Positions 26,346 to 38,581 of a stretch of DNA of 64,000 bases are shown in pieces (position 1 is the first letter of the stretch; each line of letters begins with the position of its first letter). The translations under genes were made by a program, and so were the position numbers. Where the stretch lies: the NCBI RefSeq assembly GCF_009914755.1, contig NC_060925.1; one strand, 5' to 3'. Under the pieces are notes generated by a model. It made no database searches. It was not told the origin of the DNA and saw nothing but the letters and a program-made list of their open reading frames with translations. This stretch comes from the human T2T-CHM13v2.0 reference genome, Homo sapiens.

Positions 26346-27436
26346 TTGCACTAGTTGCAGCAAGCTGCCTTGCTTAAGTAAAACTACTGGGGGTCCTGGA
26401 CCCTTCTTCTGATGGGCAGCTTCCCACAGTGGCAGTGAAGCAGGCATCTGAACATTATTCTTTGATGTCTCCACATCTGGGTAAGTTTTCTGGTGGACTG
26501 GGGACTCTGAGGTCTCCTCTGGAGCAATGTGGTTCATCCATTCCCTTCTATAGCGTCCCCTTCCCTGCCTCAGCCTGTCTTCCATACCTATTGGGGCAAA
26601 CACAATTTGGTCAGGTGGATACGTTCCAATTTTGTAAATAACTTGGATCCAGCTGTCTTGTATATAGGTCACTTCATTTGTGTGATGTGTGTTGTGTCCA
26701 GCATGCTATCAAATTGGCTTATAAATAAAAGAGTGCTCATGAATTAAACAAGAATAGGCTAAACTTGATAGTTGGAAGAGAATGTTGTGTCTTCTAAAAT
26801 TTAACTTCAAGATTTTTACCTAGGTAAACCACTGATGTTTTTAGGCTTTAGAATATTTTAAAAAGCTTTGAATGGGTAGCTTTTTGTATGGTTTAAATTC
26901 TTAAAAATTATAGAATGGTTCTCATCTATAAAATCCCAATATCTGGTAGGCAGTTCAGAATTTTCTGCCTCCTAAGTTTATATGAAATGTGCCAGGGGAA
27001 ACATAGTTTTAATTGGAAAAAAGAATTTTTTTTTTTCCGATCTGGAACTTATTAAAAGGCTGGTTCAACACATGAAGGAACAAGTGAATAAAAAGAAAGA
27101 TATGAGGAGAGTTATGGATAGAAGATACATTTTTTTTATGTGGGGAGGGATATAAAGAAAGAGTGATTTTGTATGAGGAGGGATTTTGTGTGGTAGATTC
27201 TTTTCCTAGAATAAAGTGACAGGTTATTTGGAAGAGAGGTGGCATAGGATAGGTCAGAGAGTCCAAGCATTGCAAAAGAGTGATGGGGTTTGTAAAGGGA
27301 AAGTTGTCAGGGGGATTTTGTATATTATTAAGCTGGCTGTGATTGAAGAAAAATTCTTTGTGATAGACTTTCTAGAAAATAATCTCCATATTGGAACTGG
27401 GTTTTCTTAAGATATTGATTTGTGTTACAGGAAATT

Positions 27437-27490
27437 TTTCTTTTAATGCTATAACTGGTTTCTTTTAATGCTATAACTGGTTTCTTTTAA
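27437..27490. repeat. 22-bp tandem duplication (about 2.4 copies)
   Basis: tttcttttaatgctataactgg twice plus a partial copy. Confidence 0.92.
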
Positions 27491-27739
27491 AACTTCTCAG
27501 ATTCATATCATAGATATTCAGCTGTTATTGTGACTCACTCCCTTTGAGAAGACTTGAGATAATAACTCTGCTTTAGGTTTTTAGTCAGCTCCTATAATAT
27601 TTTCTCCTCCAGTTCTAACTGTTGTTATGACCTCATGCTAAAATATTTTATCTTAGAGGTCTATAAAAAGTGTGTGGTTAAGCCAGTCAATTATGACATG
27701 CTTAACCAATATAACTTGATTACATACTTTTGGCTGTTC

Positions 27740-30700
27740 TTTTTTTTTAACTTTTATTTTAGGTTTGGGGGTACATGTGAAAGTTTGTTACATAGGTAAA
27801 CTCATGTCACAGGGGTTTATTGTACAGATTATTTCATTACCCAGGTATTAAGTCCAGTACCCAATAGTTATCTTTTCTGCTTCTCTCCATCCTCCCACCC
27901 CCCACCCTCAAGTAGACAGCAGGGTCCGTTGTTTCCTTCTTTGTGTTCATAAGTTCTTATCATTTAGCTCCCACTTATAAGTGAGAACATGCAGTATTTG
28001 GTTTTCTGTTGCTGAATTGGTTTGCTAAGGATAATAGCCCCCAGCTCCATCCATGTTCCTGCAAAGGACATGAATTTTTTCTTTTTTAATGGCTGCATAG
28101 TATTCCACGGTGCATATGTACCACATTTTCTTTATCCAGTCTATCACTGATGGCATTTAGATTGATTTCATGTCTTTGCTATTGTGAATAGTGCTGCAAT
28201 AAACATTCACATGCATGTGTCTTTATGGTAGAATTATTTATATTCTTCTGGGTATATACTCAGTAATCGGATTGCTGGGTCAAATGGTAATTCTGCTTTT
28301 AGCTCTTTGAGGAATCAGCATACTGCTTTCCACAATGGTTAAACTAATTTACACTCCCACCAACAGTATGTAAGTGTTCCCTTTCCTCTGCAACCTCGTC
28401 AGCATGCTATTATTTGACTTTTTAATAGTAGCCATTCTGACTGGTGTGAGATGGCATCTCATTGTGGTTTTGACTTTCATTCCTCTAGTGATCAGTGATA
28501 TTGAGCTTTTTTTTTGTATGCTTCTGGGCTGCATGTGTATCTTCTTTTGAGAAGTGTCTGTCTGTTCATGTCCTTTGCCCATTTTTTAACTTTTTTTTTG
28601 TTTTTCTCTTGTAAATTTGTTTAAGTTCCTTATAGATGCTGGATATTAGACCTCTGTTGGATGCATAGTTTGCAAATATTTTCTCCCATTCTGTAGGTTG
28701 TATGTTTACTTTGTTTATGGTTTCTTTTACTGTGTAGAAGCTCTTAAGTTTAATTAGGCGACACTTCTCAATTTTTGCTTTTGTTGTGATTGCTTTTGAT
28801 GTCTTTGTCATGAAATCTTTGTCTATTCCTATGTCCAGGATGGTATTGCCTAGGTTGTCTTCCAGGGTTTTTATAGTTTTGGGTTTTACATTTAAATCTT
28901 TAGTCCAACTTGAGCTGATTTTTGTATATGATGTAACGAAGGTGTCCAGCTTCAATCTTCTGCGTGTGGTTAGCCAGTTATCCCAGCACCATTTATTGAA
29001 TAGGGAGTCTTTTTTCCTCGCTTTTTTTTTTTTGTTGACCTTATTGAAAATCAGATGGTTGTAGCTCTGTGGCATTATTTCTGGGCCCTTTATTCTGTTC
29101 CATTGTGTCTATTTTTGTCCCAGTACCAGGCTGTTTTAGCTACTGTAGTCCTGTAGCATAGTTTGAAGTTGGGAAACGTGATGCCTCCAGCTTTGTTCTT
29201 TTTGCTTAGGGTTGCCTTGCCTATTTGGGCTACTTTTTGGTTTCATATGAATTTTAAAATAGTTTCTTCTAGTTGTGTGAGAATGTCATTGGTAGTTTGA
29301 TAGGAATAACTCATAATGGTTGTTTTTATTGAATCTGTAAATTTCTTTGGGCAGAATGGCCATTTTAACAATATTGGTTCTTCCTGTCCATGAGCATGGG
29401 CTGTATTTCCATTTGTTTGTGTCTTCTCTGATTTCTTCTAGCAGTGTTTTGTAATTCTTGTTGTAGAGATCTTTCATCTCATTTGTTAGCTGTATTCCTA
29501 AGTACTTTGTTCTTTTTGTGGCATTTGTGAATAAGATTGCCTTTCTGATTTGGCTCTCAGTTTGGGTGTTGTTGGTGTATAAGAGTGCCATCCTGCAACT
29601 TTGCTGAAGTTGTTTATCAGCTAAAGGAGCTTTTGGCCTGAGACTGTGGGGCTTTCTAGATATAGAATCATGTGTCCTGCAAATTTGGATGCCTCTTTTC
29701 CTATTTGGAGTCCCTTTATTTCTTTCTCTTGCCTGAATGTTCTGGCTAAGACTTCTAATACTATGTTGAATAGAAGTGGTGAGAGACAGCATCCTTGTCT
29801 TGTGCTGGTTTTCAAGGGGAATGCTTCCAGATTTTGCCCCTTTAGTATAAGGTTGACTGTGGATTTGTCATAGATGGCTCTTGTTATTTTGAGGTATATT
29901 CCTTCAATACCTACTTTATTGAGAGCTTTTAGCATGAAGTGATGTTGAATTTTATCAAAAGCCTTTCCTGCATCTATTGAGATAATCATGTCTATTTTGT
30001 CTTTAGTTCCTTTTATATGATGAATCGTATTTCTTGATTTATATATGTTGAACAAACCTTGCATCCTGGGGATGAAGCCCACTTAATCATGGTGGATTAG
30101 CTTTTTGATGTGCTGCTGAATTTTTGCTAGTATTTTGTTGAGGATTTTTGCATCAGTGTTTATCAAGGATATTGCCTGAAGTTTACTATTTCTGTTGTGT
30201 CTCTGTCAGGTTTTGGTATCAAGATGACGCTAGGCTCATAGAAGGAGTTGGCAAGAAATCCCTTCTAAACTTTTTGGGAGGAATGGTACCAGCTCTTCTT
30301 TGTACATATGATAGAATTCGGCTGTGAATCCATTAGGTCCTGGGCTTTTTTTTTGGTTGGTAGGCTATTTGTTACTGATTCGATTTCAGAGCTTATTATA
30401 TGTCTGTTCAGGGCATCAATTTCTTCCTGGCTCAGTCTTGGGAGGGTGTATGTGTCCAGAGATATATCTATCTCTTCTAGGTTTTCTAGTTTTTGTGCAT
30501 AGAGGTGTTCATGGTAATTTCTGATGGTTGTTTTTATTTCTGTGGGGTCAGCAGTAACATTCCCTTCATCATTTCTAATTGTGTTTATTTGAATCTTCTA
30601 TATTTTCTTTATTAGAAAGAAATTAATATATCTTATTAATTTTTTCATAAAACAAACTCCTGAATTCGTTGATCTTTTGAATGGTTTTTTGTGTCTCAAC

Positions 30701-33700
30701 CTCCTTCAGTTCAGCTCTGATTTTGGTTATTTCTTGTCTTCTTTTAGCTTTGGGGTTCATTTATTCTAGCTTCTCTAATTCTTTCAGTTGTGTTGTTAAT
30801 ATGAGAGATTTCTAACTTTTCGATGTGGGCATTTAGTGCTACGAATATCCCTCTTAACACTGCCTTAGTGGTGTCCCAGAGATACTGGTATGTTGTATCT
30901 TTGTTCTCATTATTTTTAAAGGACTTCTTGATTTCTGCCTTAATTTCACTATTTACCCAAAAGTCATTCAGGAGCATGTTATTTAATTACCATGTAATTG
31001 CATGGTTTTGAGTGATTTTCATAGTCTTAACTTCTGTTTTTATTGTGCTGTGGTTCAAGAGTGTGTTTGGTATGATTTCGGTTCTTTTGCATTTGTTGAA
31101 GATTGTTTTATGTTCAATTATGTGGCCAATTTTAGAGTATGTGTCATGTGATAATGAGAAAAATGTAAATTCTGTTGGTTTTGAGTGGAGAGTTCTGTAA
31201 AGGTTTATCAGATTCATTTGATCCAATTTTGAGTTCAGGTCCTGAATATCTGTGTTAATTTTCTGCCTTGATGACCTCTCTAATACTGTCAGTGGAGTGT
31301 TGAAGTTTCCCACTACTACTGTGTGGGAGTCTGTGTCTCTTTGTAATTCTCTAAGATCTTTCTTTATGAAACTGGGTGCTCCTGTGTTGGGCGCATATAT
31401 ATATTTAGGATAGTTAGGTCTTCTTGTTGAATTGAACCCTTTACCATTATGTAATGTCCTGGTCTTTTTTTATCTTTGTTGGTTTGAAATCTGTTTTGTC
31501 TGAAATTAGAATTGCAACCTCTGCTTTTTGCTTTTTTCCATGTGCTTGGTAGATTTTCCTTCATTCCTTTATTTTGAGCCTATAGGTTTCATTATGTGTG
31601 AGATAGGTCTCTTGAAGACAGCATACCATTGGGTCTTGCTTTTGTTTGAATCCAGTTTGTCACTCTGTGCCTTTTAAGTGGGGCATTTATCCTATTTATA
31701 TTCAAGGTTAGTATTTATATGTGGATTTGATCCTGTCATTGTGCTGTTAGCTGGTTATTATGCTGGCTTGTTTGTATGGTTGCTTTCTAGTGACATTGGT
31801 CTGTGTGTTTAAGTGTGTGTTTGTATTAGCTGGTGTTAATGGTGGAGGGTCTCCAGGTTCTTGGTGTCTTGAACAAAGAATTGCACAAAACACACAAACA
31901 AAGCAAGGAAGAGATGAAGGGATTTATAAAAAATGAAAGTACACTCCACAGTGTGGGAGTGGACCCAAGCATGGGAGCACAAAGGCCCTGTTACAGTTTT
32001 TGTGAGTTTAAACGCCCTCTACTTGGGATATGCCCTATGTAAATGGAGAGGATGAAGTAAAATTACAAAGTCATTTACTTGGTCTATGCCCTATGGAGAG
32101 GATATTTCATATCATAGCTGAAGTGTGAATCAGCCTTATGTTCTCTGCCTCCAAACCCTATTTTCCTGTCTCACTGGTAGCAGTCTTTTTTTTCTACATT
32201 TAGTGCTCCTTTCAAGATCTCTTGTACAGCAGGTCCAGTGGTAATGAATTCCCTCAATATTTGCTCATCTGAAAAGGATCTTATTTCTCCTTCACTTAGG
32301 AAGCTTAGTGTAGATGGATATGAAATTCTTGGTTAAACTTTTTTTTTTTTAAAGAATGTTTGATATAGGCCCCCAGTCCCTTCTAGCTTATAGGGTTTCA
32401 TCAGAGAGGCCCACTGTTAGCCTGATGGGGTCCCCTTGTAGGTGACTTGCTCTTTCTCTCTAGTTGCCTTTAACATTCTTTCTTGCATTTTGACCTTGGA
32501 AAATCTGATGATTATGTGTCTTGGGATAATCTTGTGTAGAATCTTGCAGGAGTTCTCTGTATTTCCTGAATTTGACTCTTGGCCTCTCTAGCAAGGTTGG
32601 GGAAGTTTTTATGAATGATATCCTGAAATATGTTTTCCAAGTTGTTTGCTTTCTCCCTGTCCCTTTCAGGGATGCCAGTGATTCATAGAATTTGCCTCTT
32701 TACGTAAACCCATACATCTTGGAGGTTTTGTTCATTTCTTTTTATTGTGTTTTTATTTTTGCCTGACTATCTTATTTTGAGACCCAGTCTTCAAGTTCTG
32801 AGATTCTTTCCTCAGCTTGGTTTATTCTGCTGTTAATGCTTGTGATTGCATTGTGAAATTTTTGTATTGTGTTAGCTAGCTCTGTCAGACCTGTTAGGTT
32901 TTCGTTTATACTGGCTATTTCATCCTTCAGCTCCTGTATAGCTTTATTGAAATTCTTATTTTTTTCTGGATTGGGTTTTGCCATCTTCCTCTATCTCAAT
33001 GATCTTTGTTTCTATTCATATTCTGAATTTTACTTCTGTCATTCCAGCTAGTTCAGCCTGGTTAAGAACTCCTAGAGAATGGATGCAATCAGTTGGAGAA
33101 CATATAAAACACTCTGGTCTTTTGAGGTTTTTTTTTTTTTTTTTTTTTTCTAATCTCTGCATGTGGGTGTTCCTTTAAGTGCAGTGTAGATTGAGTACTG
33201 TCAACAGACTTCTGTTCTAAATGTTTTCACTGGGCTGAGGCTTTGTGCAGGGTCTTCACTTGAAACTGACTTCTTGTCTCTGGTTTCAGAGGCTGGTACG
33301 TTAGCAAGGTATTTTTGGTATTGAAGCTTTGGGGAATGATCCAGCAGGTGGCACTTAGGCTGACTGGTCAGTTGGTAGACTCTAGCTCAGTTGTGTAGCT
33401 CCTCTATGTTTCCTGACAGTTGCAGCCATGTTCTCTCTCAATGCTCTGAAAGTGTGGGTTTCTTTCCCCCTTGAGTGCTGGCTGTAGATTGTGGCTTGGG
33501 ACTCCTGTGCTGCCCACTGCAGCTCTGGGGTGATCTCAGTGTTTCTTCCTCAACTCTGAGGCAGCAGAGGAAGGGACCTTAGTAGTGGCTATAACCAAGG
33601 GTCATTTGCTTGTTTCTTGGAGGCTCCACCCCAGAGAGATGCAGGTCGGCAATCACTCAGTGCAATCAGCCCAGAATGGAGGGTCTGTGCTGTGGGCCCA

Positions 33701-35291
33701 AGTCACAGGTTTCCTGTCCGGTGATGAGCAGTGGGAGGTGTTTGGGACCCAGGGGAGACAGATTGGCCTCATCTCCTTGGGTCAGCTGCAGCTTGTTGGA
33801 GGTGTGGATAAGGCACTTAGGGTCTTTTCTCCTTCATTAGTCTGATGGTGGCAAGGGCAGTTCCACTGCGGAGACAGTGGTAGAAAGGCATTCAGTTGCC
33901 CCTGGAGGCTCTGTCCAGGGAGTTGCTGAGTTACCACTGGCTTGATAGCTCTGACAGCATGTGGCTGGAGGCCTAGGCCTGGAACACCTGCCTATTGAGG
34001 AGATAAGGGAACAGGCACCCATGTAACACCCTGGCCCCTTTTCTATAGGGCTGCTGCAGTATGCTTGGGGCCTGTTGCAGTCTCTAGTCATCTCATATTT
34101 TCCAGTTCCTGGAGGGTTCACCTGTAAAGGCTGAGAAATAGAAAAGAGGGCAGCCTGCTTCTCCCTCTGGGAGCTTCATCCTAGGGAGGTACAGGTCTGT
34201 TGCCAGCCAAACACACCTGTAGGATGTGGCTGAAGACTGGTTGGGAAGTCCCATCCAGTGAGGAGGAATGAGATCGGAGACCCACCCAAAGAGAAGTCTG
34301 GTCACATTTTGGTAGAGCAGTTCTGCTGTGCTGGAGTCTGCCTCAATCCCTGGTCACCTCGAACACTCCAAAGCTCAAAGGCTAGAACAGCTAAGTCACC
34401 CAAACAGCAAAGATGGCGGCCTGCCCATTCCTCTGGGAGCTCTGTCCCAGAGAGTTTTCAAATCTCTCTTGGCTGGAGAACACAGGCAGGGGTGACTAGA
34501 GGGCCCACCCAGTGAGGAGGAATGGGATCAGGGACCTGCTTAACAAAGCAGTCTGGCCACATTTTGGTAGAGCAGTTGTGCTGTGCTGGAGGACCACTTC
34601 TGCCCCTGGTCAGCTCAGACTCTCCAAAGCCCAAAAACTAGAGAGCTAAGTCACCCAAATGGCAAAGAGGGCAGTCCACTCCTTCTCCTGGGAGTTCCAT
34701 CTCAGGGAGGTGTAACCCTGCCTACTGGTGGCTGGCTGGAATTCCAAGCCAGTGGGTCTTATCCTGTGAGGTGCCATGGAAGTGGGGTCTGCAGACTGTC
34801 GCTGCTCAGCCCCCCGGATTCAGCATCTTTCCTAGGGGTATGTATGGGAGCCCACTTGGCTGGGCTGCAGCTACTTTGCTGGAAAGCCTGAGTGTCTAAG
34901 GCTCCTGAGTCTCCATGTATACCTGAGCGGCTGCTATGCTGAGACTCCATGTAAGTCTCTCAGTCTGAAGGCCCTGGTGGAGTGGGTTCACAGGGAGATC
35001 TCCTGACCTGAGTGTTGCAAAGATCCATGGGAGAAGCATGGTTTCCTGAGGTAGTACATTCACTCACTGCTTCCCTGGGAGTGGGGAGGGTCCTCTGGTT
35101 TCGTGTTGCTCCCAAATGGGGCATCATCCTGTCTTGCTTTTCTTCATTCTCCGTGGGTCAAGTTGTTTCCTTGATTAGTCCCAATGTGAATATTTGGATG
35201 TTTCAGTTGAAGGTGCTGTTTACCCCTTTGTACCTTTCCATGAGAGACATGCACACTAGCTGCTTCTACTTGGCTATCTTGGCCACCCGCC
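27740..35291 (-). mobile_element. Full-length degenerate L1 (L1 #3; L1PA13-like age class)
   Basis: T tail, 3'UTR, ORF2 fragments (29621-30082 [19 protein letters not shown]; 30987-31313 endonuclease GNFNTPL), ORF1 (32772-32984), a long 5'UTR with an internal ~255-bp repeat (34250-34700), and the 5'-end motif (reverse complement GGCCAAGATAGCCAAGTAGAAGCAGC). Confidence 0.93.
31834..32173 (-). mobile_element. ERV1 solo LTR (MER61A-like) inside L1 #3
   Basis: 340 bp with TG...CA termini and a perfect 4-bp TSD ctgg; the reverse complement starts TGAGACAGGAAAATAGGG. Family name from recall. Confidence 0.78.
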
Positions 35292-35696
35292 TATTCGTTT
35301 TTCTTAATATAGAACCTTATTTTTGGCTTTTAGTTTTTGACTCTTATATTGCATAACAAATTTTAAGGGCTAATGAGTGCCTGCCCACGTCCATTTCCAT
35401 ATGGTCTAAAAAAGTTTAATTGGCTATCAGTCTTTTGGCTCTAAGTCCCGTGGCCAAAGGAAATCCCAAAGAAACCTGAAAAACTAACTCAAACCATGAC
35501 AGGAAATAGGGGGTCAGACATGCTTCGCCATGCTTACTCCCCAAATTTAAATTTAGGCCAGGATCAAAAGGCCTTTAGAAATTAAAATAAAATATTGCCC
35601 TTTCTTCCAAATGAAAAACAAAAACAAAAACAAAAAACTCCCTTGTTTAACTGGAAGACTTAGTCTTACTAAAGACTTAAAAAAAAAAAAATTCCA

Positions 35697-35989
35697 GGCC
35701 TGGCACGGTGGCTCACGCCTGTAATCCCAGCACTTTGGGAGGCTGAGGCAGGTGAATCACGAGGTCAGGAGTTCGATACCAGCCTGAACAATATGGTGAA
35801 ACCTCATCTCTACTAAAAATACAAAAAAATTAGCCAGGCGTGGTGGTGAATGCCTGTAGTCCCAGCTACTCAGGAGGCTGAGGCAGGAGAATCACTTGAA
35901 CCCAGGAGGCGAAGGCTGTAGTGAGCCGAGATGGTGCCACTGCACTCCAGCCTGCGCGACAGAGCAAGACTTCATTAAAAAAAAAAAAG
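35697..35989 (+). mobile_element. AluS (Sg-like)
   Basis: Full dimer with cacgaggtcaggagttcga; A tail. Confidence 0.92.
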
Positions 35990-36285
35990 AAACCCTTGAA
36001 AATCAATTACAACCAAAACACCCCTATCAGCTATTGTTAAATACCCCCACTGCTGTTAAGCTTCAGCAAATCACTAGCTGGGGACACCTGTCCAGGATTA
36101 AACCTGTTTCTTGTGACTCCCCACAGGTATAAGAGGAAGACCCCACACCCTACATTTGTGAACCCCTAGAAGACTTAAAGCTATTGTTTTGCAAACACAC
36201 AAATAAATAACATGACAAGGAAGAGCATATGCAACAATAAACCACATCTATTATTCTCATCTGGTTTTTATCTTTCCTAAGACCT

Positions 36286-36495
36286 TTGATAACTACTTTA
36301 TTATTACTAATTTTTGGCCCTTGCTTGTTTAACCTCTCAGTTAAGTTTGTATCTTCTAGACTACAACAATTCCACATGAAGATGATGCTGGCACAAAGCT
36401 TCCAACCCATTCTGTCTTCTTACCCAGAAAACAAAAACATCCTGGTGTTGGGCCCCTTACATCAGGTATCCAGAGATTTTTTACTCCTCCAATAG
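36286..36495 (+). pseudogene. env transmembrane anchor / cytoplasmic tail remnant
   Basis: LLLLIFGPCLFNLSVKFVSSRLQQFHMKM matches the conserved gamma-type Env TM C-terminal motif (FGPC-x-FN-x-LV-x-FVSSR); the ectodomain is absent. Confidence 0.85.
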
Positions 36496-36608
36496 AAGGA
36501 GTAAGAGTCTATGCCCATAGAATCAGCAAGAAGCAGTTACAGAAGATGGACGTCTTCCCTTCTGCGGTCCCCTTAAGATTAAGGAGTCTCTAATCTCTGA
36601 GAGAAGAA

Positions 36609-37473
36609 TGAAGGAGACCAGCAGGACTTGTTTTCTGGTCACAACCCTGCTGACCAAAACAGGATCTCACCCATAAAGGATGAAGTGAAAAAAGTGGCAG
36701 GAACGAGCAGATGGCGATAAAAGCAATCCCTAGCTGCCCTCATTGCTCGTTAGCATAAGACATTCCCACCAGCACCATGACGGTTTATAAATGCCATGAC
36801 AGGCCGGAGGTGGTGGCTCACACCTGTAATCCCAGCACTTTGGGAGGCCGAGGTGGGTGGATCATGAGGTCAGGAGATCGAGACCATCCTGGCTAACACG
36901 GTGAAACCCTGTCCCTACTAAAAATGCAAAAATTAGCTGGGTGTGATGGCATGCGCCTGTAGTCCCAGCTACTCAGAAGGCTGAGGCAGGACAATCGCTT
37001 GAACCCAGGAGGCAGAGGTTGCACTGAGCCGGCACTGCACCACTGCACTCCAGCCTGGGCGACAGAGTGAGACTCCATCTCAAAAAATAAATAAATAAAT
37101 AAATAAATAAATAAAAAATGCCATGACAGTGACCCAGAAGCTATGACTTTATTCCATAGCAATGGCCTGGAAATTACTGCCCCTTTCCTAGAAAGTTCTA
37201 AATAACCCGTCCCTCAATTTGCATTAATCTGCCCCTTAATTTGCATGTAATTGAAAGCGAGTAGAGGTGAGTAACCATACAGTTGCCAACAACCCATACA
37301 TTGCAGCCCCTGGGTGCACTGCCTATGAGTTAGCCCTACTTCACAAGGAGCAGTACCCTTTAATAAAAGATTGCTATATAACAACACCAGTTTTCCCTGG
37401 AATTCTTTTCTGAGTGAAACCAAGAACGCTTCTGGGCTAAGCCCCAATGCTGGGGCTCACCTGTCTTGTGTCG
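36609..37473 (+). mobile_element. MER41-family LTR (MER41C-like), 3' LTR of the provirus, interrupted by an Alu
   Basis: Follows the PPT; cccaccagcaccatgacggtttataaatgccatg and ccctggaattctttt...ccaagaac motifs as I recall for MER41; AATAAA at about 37362. Confidence 0.82.
36802..37115 (+). mobile_element. Alu (Sc/Y-like) with (TAAA)n tail
   Basis: Full dimer; 13-bp TSD aaatgccatgaca. Confidence 0.95.
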
Positions 37474-37714
37474 GACCCATCAATTGATATGAAATGTGAT
37501 TTATTTCAGGCAGAAAAATATTTACTCTGTTTCATTTTCCCTAGCTCCTTGGACAAATGTGTTTTGAGTTTCAAGTGAGCAAACCTTCAATGTGTCTGCC
37601 ATTTTGGGGAAGAAGTTGTAACTTGGAGTGAAGGTAGAGGGATTTATTATGAGAGCTTTGCTAGCAGACATCTCATTCTTTAAGACAAAATCAACGCACA
37701 AACATAATTGGTGA

Positions 37715-37950
37715 GAAATACAACATAGTGGTTAAGATATAAGCTTTAGCATCAGAGCTTGGTTTAAAATTCAGTTATGTTTTTGACAATTGCATGACTC
37801 AGGGATGACAGATTAATCCTCACTTATAAAATGGAGATGATAAGACCTATCTGAGGAGAATGTTGTGTGGGTAAGGGAAATAATTACTCTAGATCATTTA
37901 TCCTGTGCCCATAACATACTAATAGCTGAATAAACTGTGGCTTTTATTAT
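37715..37950 (+). mobile_element. MIR
   Basis: catagtggttaaga...cacttataaaatggagatgataa MIR core. Confidence 0.7.
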
Positions 37951-38581
37951 TACAAATAATGAAACTAACTGAAGGCACCACATTCTCTAAACAGTACTCC
38001 CTGCTCTTTAAGAATTCAACAGGTTTGCAATTTGTTCATATCTCCCCTATAACTATGTGACATATTATTAAATTGATCTAACTCTCTGAACCTATTGATG
38101 AAATGAAAACATTTAATCCTGTCCTCAATCAAGTACAGGCCTAGGCCACTGTAAAGACACAAAGCTCTGAATTTCCAGGATGTAAGTGGAAGTAAGTCAG
38201 TGAACCTAAATTATGACTCCTCTTGCTGGGAACATTCGATGACTAGAGTGAAGAGCTGTGTGCTGGCAAGAATATGGCCCTGTAATATGCTGGGAAATTT
38301 TTCCTAAATGGTTCCATTGACTGCATCCTGAACTCTCCCACCCCAAAATACTCCAAAACAAATCCTCTTCTCCAACCAACACTGATTTCAAAATTATGTG
38401 AAGGAAAATGCCAGGAGAGTAAAATCCAGGGTGATCTTATTCAACTGATATTTTCTGGTACAAGTAAATTTACTTTTTTCTCTTATAAATAAGCTGAATG
38501 ACATAAAGATAATTCAAGATGGAAAAATTACAGTAATATTTTTAGCATCATGGCAAGCAGCCAGTTCCTCCAAATTAGAAA

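Larger units (their letters stand above)
25465..27738 (+). mobile_element. ERV1 internal region (MER41/MER4-group), 5' part; no 5' LTR seen
   Basis: gag remnant followed by the AT-rich non-coding internal sequence typical of non-autonomous MER4-group proviruses; continues after L1 #3. Confidence 0.72.
35310..36608 (+). mobile_element. ERV1 internal region, 3' part (integrase tail, env remnant, polypurine tract)
   Basis: pol-end-like PYQLLLNTPTAVKL...SWGHLSRIKP (end of ORF 35896-36132), env tail, and purine tract gagagaagaa immediately before the LTR. Confidence 0.8.

Noticed and set aside
33585-35356. Several 60-115 aa ORFs and the ~255-bp internal repeat
   Set aside because: Part of the L1 #3 5'UTR; repeated units in old L1 5'UTRs are expected.
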